Assembly (NCBI GenBank): GCA_048939625.1
Contig: JBHLPH010000031.1
Span: 1 to 19,031, forward strand
From: Promethearchaeota archaeon
GTDB taxonomy: Archaea > Asgardarchaeota > Hermodarchaeia > Hermodarchaeales > Hermodarchaeaceae
DNA: 19,031 bases
Direction of reading: 5' to 3'
Shown: positions 1 to 9,700 of the stretch, piece after piece
Numbering within the stretch: position 1 is the first letter of the stretch
Layout of the letters: every line of letters starts with the position of its first letter
Notes under the pieces: model-generated
Database searches by the model: none
The model's input: only the letters and a program-made list of their open reading frames with translations
What the model was told of the DNA's origin: nothing
Translations under genes and position numbers: made by a program

Positions 1-194
1 CCATAGGTAAAACACACTCTAATATTCTCAATGTCATAGTGCGAACACTATTACATTAGGGTTCTAGCAGGAATATCTGAGTCCCCCCTTTTACCTTTTC
101 TGTTAGTTTACCATAATATTGATACCTAGAGTATCATTTGAACTTATATTAAGTTAGCCAATTGAATTGTAAGACGGTTGAAGGAATCTACAGG

Positions 195-2351
195 TTAGCT
201 TGTTCGTCTCCGACGCATGAAGACAAATATAATCACCGCCACCACAATCACCACCACAACACCACCCGCAATAGCCAAAACGACCTCAATGGGGAGAGGC
301 GGTGGTGGAGTTATAGTAGAACCAGGAATTTCAACCGAAATACTTTCAACATTACTCCATGTGCTCTGAGCACCTAGGTTATCCACTCCACATACTCGGA
401 AGAAGTAGACACCATTCGTTAACCCTGAAACCTCATAATTTAATTCTGTTGTATTCTGTTGATCCAGAATCACTGAGAAATCACTTGCATTCGACATTTG
501 AAGAGTATAATGATCAATCGAACCATCAGGGTCTGAACTCGAGGTCCACATCACTATAAAGTTGCCAGTCTCAGAAACATCAGCTAATGGGGTAAGCTCT
601 GGGGCAGAAGGTACTTGCTGGTTCACACTAAATGAATAGAACGATGTGGTAACGCTCAACCCTGAATAGTCAGCTGCTGTGATAGCGAATCGACATACAC
701 CAGGCAATGTGAGATGAATGTAGTATCGATAACGGTCAGTGCCAGCCGTAGCCATTGACAACATAGAATAGGAACTGCCTGATATTGAAATGTTAATTGA
801 TACAAAGTGTATCCCACTAGTGGGATTTGTGACATTTGCATAAATGAAAACGAGGGTCTGAATCATCGCAGAGGAAGGATATTCCACCGCTTCGATGGTA
901 GGTGCTTGAGCGTTACTTGTGTACACTCGAATTATCTTGTTTTCTCCATTGGAAACGTCAACAGAAAACCGGATTAACCAAGCATCTGTGCCATTTACAG
1001 TTTCAAGCACAGTACCCCCAGTAGCCAGGTAGACCTCCGGACCAGATAAAGGTTCAACTAAAAAATCAACAACCTGATTTGAAATCGAATAACCAAGGTC
1101 ATTGGAGATTGCAAGATATCCGCCAATATCAACATTACGTAGTGCTAGGGGTGTTCTGTCTAGAAAAAGGGCATTAATTGGTTGGGACCAATTAAGGTTC
1201 GTCCAACTCCAAGATGTCAATTCATAATCAGTAAACTCTAAAGCGCGAAGACCACGAGAATCATGCCCTATATCACGGGGTGAACCTCCATGAGGAGCAG
1301 TTTGAATCCAATAGGTGTCATTTATTACATTGACTAAATCGCCATGCAAGTGTCCATTCAGAAATACACTTACATTATAGGTATCAAAGATCCGCTGGAG
1401 TTCATTCCTTTCCCATTCCGTGAGAAAGTATGTGAAATCTTCCGGATTCATGAGAGGTGCATGACCTCCCAATATTTTCAGCTTAGCGTTACTTGCAGCA
1501 AAGTCACGCTCAATCCATCCAATTTGTGTGGCGTTGAATTCGTAAGGATTATTGTGAGAGTTTGCCATGATTACAAAAATATCTGGACCTAAATTGAGAG
1601 TGTAATAATCGGTTCCAAAATGATTAATGTATCGACTATATGTATCTTCAGAATCTCGATCATGGTTTCCTGGACATACTACAATTGGTACACGTGAGTT
1701 TCTGAAAAGTTCTTGAAACTGATTAAATTGTGTTGTGAACCCAGAATCAGTCAAGTCTCCAGTAACAATAATCAAATCCGCGTTAGCCATACCAGCCTGA
1801 TGAATACTACTTAAAATGTCATGGGTTTGTCCTTCCAGCCCTTGACCCACATGCGTATCAGTGAGATGATAGATAATTGGGTCTGTTGGAAACTCATAGC
1901 GTACCTGCACAGCATTCCATTCGATAAGAACTTTTGAGTTCAATCCATCTGAGGCGGTGACGTTCAAGTCGTAAAGGTCACGGATGACTGTTACAGGTAT
2001 GGTTATGTTCAGCTTCCAAATGCTGGTTGAGGAATTATATACAGCAGGATCGTTAGACAAAGAATAGGATCGATATTCCCGATAAAGAGACACATCCCAG
2101 CTAGTAATGTTATTCGGAGCCTCAATCTGTAATTCAAGTTTAGAGCCATTAAGTATAATCGCAGGTATATGTTGAAGAGGATAAACAATTTTTCCAACTA
2201 TTTCTCCAGGCGGGGGTATTGAAACCTCCATCGATTTTGGCGAATTAGTAAGCTCAATCGGTTGTGTAACCTGACTCATATTAAAAACTGAAAGAAAAAG
2301 TAGCAATATAGCAACAAGAACAAAGGTATGGTAAAAAATGACTCGCTTCAA
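195..2351 (-). CDS. Exported, membrane-anchored calcineurin-like metallophosphoesterase with Ig-like and FN3 domains
   Basis: All five metallophosphoesterase motifs present (LTDTHVG, TGDLTD, PGNHD, GGHAP, NGHLH). N-terminal signal peptide; FN3-like C-terminal domain (W...Y.LQ...GL.NG.YFFRV...WS); PPPP linker, TM helix and RRRR tail. TTG start. Confidence 0.88.
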   Translation of the reverse strand: MKRVIFYHTFVLVAILLLFLSVFNMSQVTQPIELTNSPKSMEVSIPPPGEIVGKIVYPLQHIPAIILNGSKLELQIEAPNNITSWDVSLYREYRSYSLSNDPAVYNSSTSIWKLNITIPVTVIRDLYDLNVTASDGLNSKVLIEWNAVQVRYEFPTDPIIYHLTDTHVGQGLEGQTHDILSSIHQAGMANADLIIVTGDLTDSGFTTQFNQFQELFRNSRVPIVVCPGNHDRDSEDTYSRYINHFGTDYYTLNLGPDIFVIMANSHNNPYEFNATQIGWIERDFAASNAKLKILGGHAPLMNPEDFTYFLTEWERNELQRIFDTYNVSVFLNGHLHGDLVNVINDTYWIQTAPHGGSPRDIGHDSRGLRALEFTDYELTSWSWTNLNWSQPINALFLDRTPLALRNVDIGGYLAISNDLGYSISNQVVDFLVEPLSGPEVYLATGGTVLETVNGTDAWLIRFSVDVSNGENKIIRVYTSNAQAPTIEAVEYPSSAMIQTLVFIYANVTNPTSGIHFVSINISISGSSYSMLSMATAGTDRYRYYIHLTLPGVCRFAITAADYSGLSVTTSFYSFSVNQQVPSAPELTPLADVSETGNFIVMWTSSSDPDGSIDHYTLQMSNASDFSVILDQQNTTELNYEVSGLTNGVYFFRVCGVDNLGAQSTWSNVESISVEIPGSTITPPPPLPIEVVLAIAGGVVVVIVVAVIIFVFMRRRRTS

Positions 2352-2546
2352 GTAGATCCCTGAATTCCTTGTTTAAATTTCTACAGCTAAGAATATTGCC
2401 CTATTACAGTATTTATTACATTTTGGTAAAAACTGAAATTGTAATCTAACATCCCAAACGGAAAAGCCCAAAACCTAAAATAACACTTATAATTAATCAC
2501 CTTCAACCTACAGAGGATTCAAAAATCCTGCAGGTGAAAACAAATC

Positions 2547-3890
2547 TTGAATCGAAAAATGTTAGGCCTACTATTTCTAGCAATGTTTTTCCTTGGTACC
2601 ACATCCTTCTTTGCTGCACCCCCACAATACGTCGCTGCTGATGTTCCAACTCCTGCTGGAACAGGAACAATTCTGTTCATCACTGGATATGGAATGGGTA
2701 ACAAGTTACTATCAAATCTAACTGAAGATCTTGTGGCTCTGGGATACACTGTTATCAATGCAACCACCATCAATTCTAGCATATTAGTTGGTGTTGATGG
2801 CCTCGTTATGGCAAGTCCCTATGGTTCTGAAGGAATTGAGGGCTTCAATGCAACCAACGCTCCAGTTGTTCGAGCTGCCATTAAGAGTTGGTTCGATACT
2901 GGCAGCAAATTCCTTTGGATGTCAGGCGATTCTGACTATGCGGGTGATGTTTGGCACAATCAAAATGTCACTGCAATCTTATCAAATATCGGTAGCCGAT
3001 TACGCCTTGAAATGAACTCAATTGAGGACCCACAATCCAATTGTGCGTCAGCTTACCGCGTTGCGGCCAACGAAACAGAAAGTAACGCAGTCGCCAACAT
3101 TATCAACACAGGAATCACCGATCCTATCCTATTCCATGGACCATCCTGTGTTTATGCACTCGATCCATCCGACACTCCTGTCGCCTTAGAAAATGTCACA
3201 GTCCCTGGCGTCTATCCCATCATCAGGACTAGTCTAGCTGGCACAATTATTGAAGCCAACCCAGTTGTGACTTCAGTAGTCCATAAAGAAGGCTACGTAG
3301 GTAGCTGGGTTATGATGGCTGCGGAGCAATGGGCTGGACCTGACGGTGACAACAAGATCATTCTGAGCGGCGCTTCACCCTATGGTGACTATCAACCGAT
3401 GTACACTGATAACTACTACGCTGTTCCACTTGATGGCGAAGCTTTTGTTGTTCAGGCAATTGATTGGGGTATGCAAGTCTCTGCTCGCCCTGCTCCTGGT
3501 GCACCAACTGTCTTTGACTACGATGTTAACGTCCCCTATTTCATTGGTGATGTCAACCTCAACTGGACTGCCACTACTGATCAGAAAGGTTTCCCTGTGG
3601 TTTCCTATGACATCGAAATTGCCACAGATGATGCCTTCACAGATGTAATCGACTCATCCACTGAAACCACAAATGAGTACACCGCAACCTTTGCTGTACC
3701 AGGCGATTACTATATTCGGGTTCGAGCCACCGATGATTTGAGCCAGGATAGCGCATGGAGTGCCACGGAGACAATCCGAATTATCGCACTTCCTGCACCT
3801 CCGATTCCCGGATTCCCAATCGCAGCAATCGCTGTCGGAGCAGCAATGGCACTTGGCATAGGCGTCTATTATCGTCGTCGGAAGCGGTAA
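2547..3890 (+). CDS. Surface glycoprotein: GldG/GIFT (DUF4350-like) alpha/beta domain + FN3 + PGF-CTERM-like sorting signal
   Basis: Signal peptide; TTG start 9 nt after CAGGTGA; pattern ILF...L..LGYTV...L.GVDGLVMASP...AIKSWF..G.KFLWMSGDSDY typical of the GIFT/DUF4350 class; FN3 (YYIRVRA.D...S.WS); C-terminus IPGFP-TM-YYRRRKR; about 8 N-x-S/T sequons. Confidence 0.72.
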   Translation: MNRKMLGLLFLAMFFLGTTSFFAAPPQYVAADVPTPAGTGTILFITGYGMGNKLLSNLTEDLVALGYTVINATTINSSILVGVDGLVMASPYGSEGIEGFNATNAPVVRAAIKSWFDTGSKFLWMSGDSDYAGDVWHNQNVTAILSNIGSRLRLEMNSIEDPQSNCASAYRVAANETESNAVANIINTGITDPILFHGPSCVYALDPSDTPVALENVTVPGVYPIIRTSLAGTIIEANPVVTSVVHKEGYVGSWVMMAAEQWAGPDGDNKIILSGASPYGDYQPMYTDNYYAVPLDGEAFVVQAIDWGMQVSARPAPGAPTVFDYDVNVPYFIGDVNLNWTATTDQKGFPVVSYDIEIATDDAFTDVIDSSTETTNEYTATFAVPGDYYIRVRATDDLSQDSAWSATETIRIIALPAPPIPGFPIAAIAVGAAMALGIGVYYRRRKR

Positions 3891-3916
3891 CTCCGCTTCC
3901 CACCCTTTCTTTTTTT
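3880..3916 (+). terminator. Hairpin plus U-tract terminator candidate
   Basis: Perfect 8-bp stem GGAAGCGG-taact-CCGCTTCC (3880-3900) spanning the TAA stop, followed by TTTCTTTTTTT. Confidence 0.7.
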
Positions 3917-4020
3917 AATACATTAAAATAGCTTTATAGCCAGTTGTTATTTAGTTTAATTAATAGTCGATATAAAACACTTTTTATTAGATGTTAAGAA
4001 ATTATTACTATAAAAACCAC

Positions 4021-5154
4021 TTATCGTTTAACAAATTTTTTTCGGTATAAGAGTATACCTGCGATGATGAGTGTGATATACCCAAATCCAAAAAGCCAGA
4101 GTATTGCTGCAAAGAGAAACATCAGATGTGTTAGTAGGAAACTAACGTCACCTCGATTTTGTGGAAGACGATATATTTGTAGAAAGGCAATTGCAGCGAG
4201 CAAGCACCAAAGGAAAAGGAGGATATTACTATAGCTCCAGATGAGAGTTAGATTATAATACTGCTGTAGTCCCCACGCAGGATCAGCAAACACGTTGATA
4301 TTGCTTGTTAGCCAAGTAAAATCAGCCAAACTAAGCAAAAGCAATGCAGGCACTCCTATAATAATTGCGTAATAAGAGAGGGGATTATTGTATTCATCCT
4401 CAATCCTGACAAATAATAGAATAAGCCCTGGGATTGCAATCCAGATAGCGAGAACGCTTAAGAAATTCAGAACAGAAGCAGCTACCACGGGGAGAGGGAA
4501 AAACCCGTTTATTAGCCACTTAAGGGCGAGAATCGAATAGCAGGTGAGTAATAAAGTCCCAAGCTGAGTCAAAGTAACTTTACGAGCGTGATTGAAGAAA
4601 CCACTTAGATCCAAGCCGCGGAGAAGTGGCTTTTCAGGGACGAGTATAATTGCCATAAGCACCATTGCACACACAAGAAGACCAAATCCAAAGACACTTA
4701 ACCATCCCAAGGCGTTGAGCAAGAAGAGAATTGAAACAAATAACCCTTGTCGGCTCTTGCGTCCTAACAATTTTCGCATTGGATACAAAAATCCCCCCCA
4801 GATAAGAAATAAAAACACGAGGAGAATGATCGCCCACCCATATAACGCGACACCCACTGGATGATTAAAGCCCACCAGAATCTGAATCACGCCTTGAGCA
4901 ATCCAAATGATTATTCCAACGAGAAAGGGAACCCACGCCCAGGAAACCTTCAGCTCTATTCCAAAGGCTCGGAACGCACAACTAAATAATGTTCCACCAA
5001 GAATAGCAAGAATACCAAGAATGATCGTTATCGTTGAACCACCAATTGGGCCCAAGAGAATTGGAGATATGTGGTAAGCCACGAAGAAGATGAACCCATA
5101 GAAAACGAGCAGAATACTACCGACATACCCAAAATTCGCCCAGCGAGTTTCCAT
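4021..5154 (-). CDS. Polytopic membrane protein (about 10 TM) with internal duplication, function unknown
   Basis: Hydrophobic throughout. Halves resemble each other (GSILLVFY vs GTLLLTCY; FLLNALGWLSVFGFG vs FLFAAILWLFGFG). ATG at 5154 follows an AAGGTGA SD; alternative TTG at 5157. Confidence 0.75.
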   Translation of the reverse strand: METRWANFGYVGSILLVFYGFIFFVAYHISPILLGPIGGSTITIILGILAILGGTLFSCAFRAFGIELKVSWAWVPFLVGIIIWIAQGVIQILVGFNHPVGVALYGWAIILLVFLFLIWGGFLYPMRKLLGRKSRQGLFVSILFLLNALGWLSVFGFGLLVCAMVLMAIILVPEKPLLRGLDLSGFFNHARKVTLTQLGTLLLTCYSILALKWLINGFFPLPVVAASVLNFLSVLAIWIAIPGLILLFVRIEDEYNNPLSYYAIIIGVPALLLLSLADFTWLTSNINVFADPAWGLQQYYNLTLIWSYSNILLFLWCLLAAIAFLQIYRLPQNRGDVSFLLTHLMFLFAAILWLFGFGYITLIIAGILLYRKKFVKR

Positions 5155-5310
5155 CAAATCACCTTAATTGTACTTTTTGCAGTGTATGTTTCCTTTAGGC
5201 TTTTCGTTTATTGAGTTAATTGACCTTTTTACCCTCCTTTAGTCCAGACATAGATATATATGGAAGAAGTCATCACACAAGCTGTTGGTTTGAATGGGTT
5301 GGTGTCCGAT

Positions 5311-7503
5311 ATGAATAAACGAACTGTCAAATTGACTGGGCTGTTATCCCTTCTCGGATTTGGCTTGCTTTTTTTGGTGCCAAATATCCCGACTTCTCAA
5401 GCCTGGGGGTTGGCAACGCACATGTGGATTACTGATCAGGTCATTGACAATATGCCTGCAGGAGACTGGAAAGATGCATTCGAATTCTTCGCCAGTGATC
5501 TCAAATCTGGCGCTATTACTCCCGACGTCGTTTGGCAGGATTGGGCCAACCACTTGTATTACCCTGTAACGAGTTCATATACTGCACATATCGCGACTGA
5601 ACGTTGGTATGGATATATCGTTAATAACCTTTCAATTGGAAATTGGAAAGAGGGAATGTTTGCTGCAGGTGTTATGAGCCATTATTTCGCAGATCCCAAC
5701 ATCCCCGTTCATACCGATGCCAATTGGCCTGGTCATAGTGCTCTTGAAACCGACATCAACAACAATCTTGATAATTTTAGTATCACAATCCCTGCTCCAC
5801 AGATTATTTCCGACCCACGTCAGGCTGTGGTTGATGCGGCCACTTTATCGCATGAATATTACAATGATTGCAAAGCCCTATACCCAACTGGAACGATACC
5901 AATCCCTAGTCCGTTATTAGATAATGGATCATTTCATGATATCATTGAACTTCAATTAGAAAGGGCAGTAACTGGAATTCGGGATTTATGGTATTCAGCC
6001 ATTCAAGGCTTGCAGGCGCCTGATATCCCTTCAGGCGCTGTAAGTTATACCATACTTATTGATGGCGGACACGATAATTACTACTACGATGGTCAACTTA
6101 CCAACTTCAAAAGTAGCCTCGAACAATGGGGCCTAAATGTACTTCTTGATGAAGATGGAATCACTCCTAGCGACCTCCTTGGCGTCGATCTTTTAGTAAT
6201 TACTGCGCCTTACATTGATTTCACATTGGCAGAGACCAATGCGATCGCTGACTGGTTCGTCAATGGTACTCGCACGAATCTGCTTGTTACGGGATATTCT
6301 GACTTTTATAATCAGGCTGGCTTTAAACGATCCACCCTTAACTACCTAATGGCCAACTGCACAACACACCTTCGACTTAACGATGACCAAGTCAATAACC
6401 CTGATGGCTACCAACTCTGGTACTGTGATATTACTCAGATTCTTTCACCAACTCTCACGTTCAACATGACAAAAGATGTTAGTTCAATTCGGATGTACTC
6501 AACTTCGAGTTTGTATTACACGGATCCTGGTGCTGTGACAAACATCACGTTTGGTAATCCAAACTTCTATCAAACAGATGAGTACCTTCCACCAGCTACC
6601 ATAATCTATGACGATACACCTGATGAAGTTGGTGGGGATCGAATTCCCCTCATGGCAGTTGAACAAGTGGGAGATTCACGCGTAATGGTTTCCGGAACGA
6701 CGTTTTTCAGTGACTTTGATTACCCCGTTCCTGATAACGAAGTCTTTATTGAAAATGTCTGTGAATGGCTGTTAAACACTTCACTCACGGAATTAGATAT
6801 CTATGGTCCAACAATTGCAGATGTTACACCCAATCCTAATCCTCCACTTGATGGCGAGCCCCTCGATATTTCCGCGAATATCACAGATGTAGCTGGAGTA
6901 AAGAACGCCACGCTTCATTATCAAATTGATTCTGGGTCAAATCAACAGATTAGCATGACAGCCGTTGGCTCAATATACTCAGCTCAAATTCCTGACAGCC
7001 AATTCACAATCGGTAGCAATATCACCTTCTATATCAAAGCCTTTGACCAAGTGGATAACTGGCGATCAACATTCCCCGCCTCTCTTAAAGTACAAGCTAA
7101 TCCTCCCACGACACCTGTATTAACAGATCTTGGGGAGACTAGCACCACGGGGAACTTCACAGTTTCTTGGAGTGAAAGCACAGCCGTAGCAGATATATCC
7201 CATTATCAATTGCAGATGTCTACAACGGCAGATTTCTCAGTGATTTCCGCAGAATGGAATGTCACTACAACAAGTCAGGACATTACTGGGCTAACAGATG
7301 GAACCTATTATTTCCGTGTTCGAGCCCTTGACCTGAATGATTTTCCAAGTAACTGGAGTAACCAAGAATCCATTAATGTCGAAATCCAACAACCAACAAC
7401 TCCTCCACCGCCATTTAACCCAATTTGGATAGGTATAATCGTCGGAGTTGTGATCATAGCTATTGCAATTGTTGTTGGCTCCTATCTCGTTCGAAAGAAG
7501 TGA
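5311..7503 (+). CDS. Exported Zn-dependent phospholipase C / S1-P1 nuclease-fold enzyme + GldG/GIFT-like domain + Ig-like + FN3 + TM anchor
   Basis: Signal peptide ending SQA|W gives a mature N-terminal WGLATH; further trinuclear-Zn ligand motifs PD, NH, HYFAD, PVH, HSALE. Middle domain ILIDGGHDNYY...VDLLVITAP...F...E...IA.WF. FN3, PPPP, TM, RKK. ATG 5311 (GGTG upstream) preferred over 5260. Confidence 0.82.
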   Translation: MNKRTVKLTGLLSLLGFGLLFLVPNIPTSQAWGLATHMWITDQVIDNMPAGDWKDAFEFFASDLKSGAITPDVVWQDWANHLYYPVTSSYTAHIATERWYGYIVNNLSIGNWKEGMFAAGVMSHYFADPNIPVHTDANWPGHSALETDINNNLDNFSITIPAPQIISDPRQAVVDAATLSHEYYNDCKALYPTGTIPIPSPLLDNGSFHDIIELQLERAVTGIRDLWYSAIQGLQAPDIPSGAVSYTILIDGGHDNYYYDGQLTNFKSSLEQWGLNVLLDEDGITPSDLLGVDLLVITAPYIDFTLAETNAIADWFVNGTRTNLLVTGYSDFYNQAGFKRSTLNYLMANCTTHLRLNDDQVNNPDGYQLWYCDITQILSPTLTFNMTKDVSSIRMYSTSSLYYTDPGAVTNITFGNPNFYQTDEYLPPATIIYDDTPDEVGGDRIPLMAVEQVGDSRVMVSGTTFFSDFDYPVPDNEVFIENVCEWLLNTSLTELDIYGPTIADVTPNPNPPLDGEPLDISANITDVAGVKNATLHYQIDSGSNQQISMTAVGSIYSAQIPDSQFTIGSNITFYIKAFDQVDNWRSTFPASLKVQANPPTTPVLTDLGETSTTGNFTVSWSESTAVADISHYQLQMSTTADFSVISAEWNVTTTSQDITGLTDGTYYFRVRALDLNDFPSNWSNQESINVEIQQPTTPPPPFNPIWIGIIVGVVIIAIAIVVGSYLVRKK

Positions 7504-7596
7504 ACACCAAGAGTAAATTTGGTGGACTAACTGGCAACCAAATAGATGGAGAATCCTCTTCTTTAGTCAGAAATGATCCGATTATGGGATGTCCGC

Positions 7597-9627
7597 TTAT
7601 GGTGTGTCACTGAACCGCACATCTTCGCACGTTGGACACCCTGCATACAACACTTGAAGCCCTTCAAGGCAACCATCTCGAAACACAGTAATGCCTTTTA
7701 ACCCAAGCTCATCAGCAAGAAGGAATATTCGCCGAATATCTTCTGTGGATGCATCGTTAGGCACATTTACAGTTTTACTTACTGCATTGTCTGTGTGTTT
7801 TTGAAAAGCCGCTTGCATACGAACATGCCATTCGGGATTGATTTCATGAGCTGTTTTGAATAATCGCTTCACGTCATCAGGAACAGCCTCAATACCCTGC
7901 ACAGACCCAGTGCTTGCGAGTTCTTGTTCCACCGTTTCATTCCAAAATCCACGGTCTTCAGCAATTTGTACAAAATATTTGTTCGTGTCCGTCAATCGCA
8001 CACCTTCTGCAAGGATGCGATCATGAACAATAGCGTATAATGGTTCGATACCACTACTGGTTCCTGCAATGAGACTGATACTTCCTGTGGGAGCAATTGT
8101 GATCAGCGTTGCGTTCCGTTTCCATTTCCGCCGTTGCTTTAATAAATCGATTTGGCCGAAGTTTCCACGAATCTTGGCTAATTCTATTGAAGCACGATCA
8201 GCTCGATTCCGAATATAGCCAATTACTTTCTCTGCTAAGTCCAAAGCATCTTTCGAGTCATAGGGTATACCGAGTTGAATTAACATCTCTGCCCAACCCA
8301 TGATCCCCAATCCAATCTTACGCGTTGCCTTGGTGTGAATCTCTATTTCTTCAATAGGGTATTTATTCAAATCAATGATATTATCTAAAAATCGAACAGC
8401 TAGAGGAATAATTTCTCCTAATCGCTTCCAATTCACATCTCCGTCTTTGACTAGTTGAGCTAGATTGATACTCCCTAGCACACAAGACTCATATGGCAAA
8501 AGAGGCATTTCCCCGCAGGGATTGGTTGACTCTATTTTGGTGCCCTTTAAAGGGTGCTCATCATTCATGCGATCGATGAAGATAATGCCCGGATCACCGG
8601 TGTTCCAGGCATTGATAATTATGGAGTCGAAGATCATTCGTGCCTTGATGGTTTGTTCAGCCTCACCAGTTTTGGGATTAACCAAGTTAAATGTTCCATC
8701 GGTTCGTAAAGCATGCATAAACCCGTGAGTGACTGCAATGGATATGTTGAAGTTGTGGAAGGATTTCTTGTCTGCTTTTATCGAGATGAAATCCATGACA
8801 TCCGGGTGGTCACATCGGAGAATTGCCATATTAGCGCCACGCCGCTTTCCCCCTTGTTTGATCACATCGGTTGCTGTATCATATATCCGCATAAAGGAGA
8901 CTGGCCCACTGGATACACCGCCTGTTGAGTGGACCTTTGCTCCTTTTGGACGTAGGTTTGAGAAGGAAAATCCCGTGCCGCCACCAGACTTCTGAACACG
9001 GGCCATATGCCAAAGGGTAGTGAAGATGGAATCCATATCATCTCGAATTGGGAGTACGAAACAAGCGCTTAATTGACCAATATCAGTACCAGCATTAAAC
9101 AGCGTTGGGCTGTTTGGCATGAATTCAAGGCTAGCAATCATGTTGTAAAAGAGCTCTTCATATGTTTGATAGTCTGAGCTTTTGTCAAAGAGTTTCTCTG
9201 CCTTGGCCACTGCATTTGCGACACGTCGAAAGAGCTGGGAGGGAGTCTCAATTGCATTCCCCTCATCATCCTTGAGAAAATACCGCTTGGCGACGGTCGC
9301 TGCATTTGGTCCTAATTTTAGATCGTCTATAACGCCGACGGTCCGGAGTAAGCGACGTGCAACTGCCCGTTTTTCTCGATACTTAATGTAGCGTTTTGCT
9401 GTCTCAGTATGTCCGTTGACCATTAAGACTTCTTCGACAATGTCTTGGATTTCTTCGATGTGAATAGTGTCTCCATCGCGTTCCTTGATGATTTTCACGA
9501 CTTCGTCAGTCAATCTATTTGCTGGTGTACTATCCGCTTGGTGTGATTCAAAAGCCCGTATGATAGCCTTTTCGATTTTGGTTGCATCCCAATCAACGAT
9601 ACGTCCATCCCGTTTCTCAACTTTCAA
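7597..9627 (-). CDS. nrdJ: Class II (adenosylcobalamin-dependent) ribonucleotide reductase with N-terminal ATP cone
   Basis: ATP cone (VEKRDG...IEEIQDIVEEVLM...YIKYR); PNSPTLFNAG, QLSACF, GGGTG, RRGANM, NPCGE (thiyl Cys), IAPTGSIS, SSGIEP, SKTVN, KGITVFRDG; C-terminal CxxC rather than the class I YY pair. GGAGG SD before TTG start. Confidence 0.95.
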   Translation of the reverse strand: MKVEKRDGRIVDWDATKIEKAIIRAFESHQADSTPANRLTDEVVKIIKERDGDTIHIEEIQDIVEEVLMVNGHTETAKRYIKYREKRAVARRLLRTVGVIDDLKLGPNAATVAKRYFLKDDEGNAIETPSQLFRRVANAVAKAEKLFDKSSDYQTYEELFYNMIASLEFMPNSPTLFNAGTDIGQLSACFVLPIRDDMDSIFTTLWHMARVQKSGGGTGFSFSNLRPKGAKVHSTGGVSSGPVSFMRIYDTATDVIKQGGKRRGANMAILRCDHPDVMDFISIKADKKSFHNFNISIAVTHGFMHALRTDGTFNLVNPKTGEAEQTIKARMIFDSIIINAWNTGDPGIIFIDRMNDEHPLKGTKIESTNPCGEMPLLPYESCVLGSINLAQLVKDGDVNWKRLGEIIPLAVRFLDNIIDLNKYPIEEIEIHTKATRKIGLGIMGWAEMLIQLGIPYDSKDALDLAEKVIGYIRNRADRASIELAKIRGNFGQIDLLKQRRKWKRNATLITIAPTGSISLIAGTSSGIEPLYAIVHDRILAEGVRLTDTNKYFVQIAEDRGFWNETVEQELASTGSVQGIEAVPDDVKRLFKTAHEINPEWHVRMQAAFQKHTDNAVSKTVNVPNDASTEDIRRIFLLADELGLKGITVFRDGCLEGLQVLYAGCPTCEDVRFSDTP

Positions 9628-9670
9628 AAGATAATCCTCCCAGAAAATTCGGAATTGTCACAGCAATTTT

Positions 9671-9700
9671 TGAGTTCAAGAACTCACTTTCTGTTTAAAT
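9671..9700 (-). promoter_or_regulatory. Putative nrdJ promoter (TATA-like ATTTAAAC) with downstream 16-bp palindrome
   Basis: TGAGTTC-AA-GAACTCA (9671-9686) lies just downstream of a minus-strand TTTAAA box (9693-9700). Confidence 0.4.

Noticed and set aside
1-37. Possible start of a minus-strand gene running off the left edge (MTLRILECVLPM...)
   Set aside because: Too short to support; start ambiguous.
162-377. His-rich ORF (HNHHHN)
   Set aside because: Antisense to the Val-rich TM helix of the metallophosphoesterase (GTG read as CAC).
7597-9627. Intein or intron in nrdJ
   Set aside because: Conserved motifs are contiguous, the length is compact, and no splice or LAGLIDADG motifs are visible.
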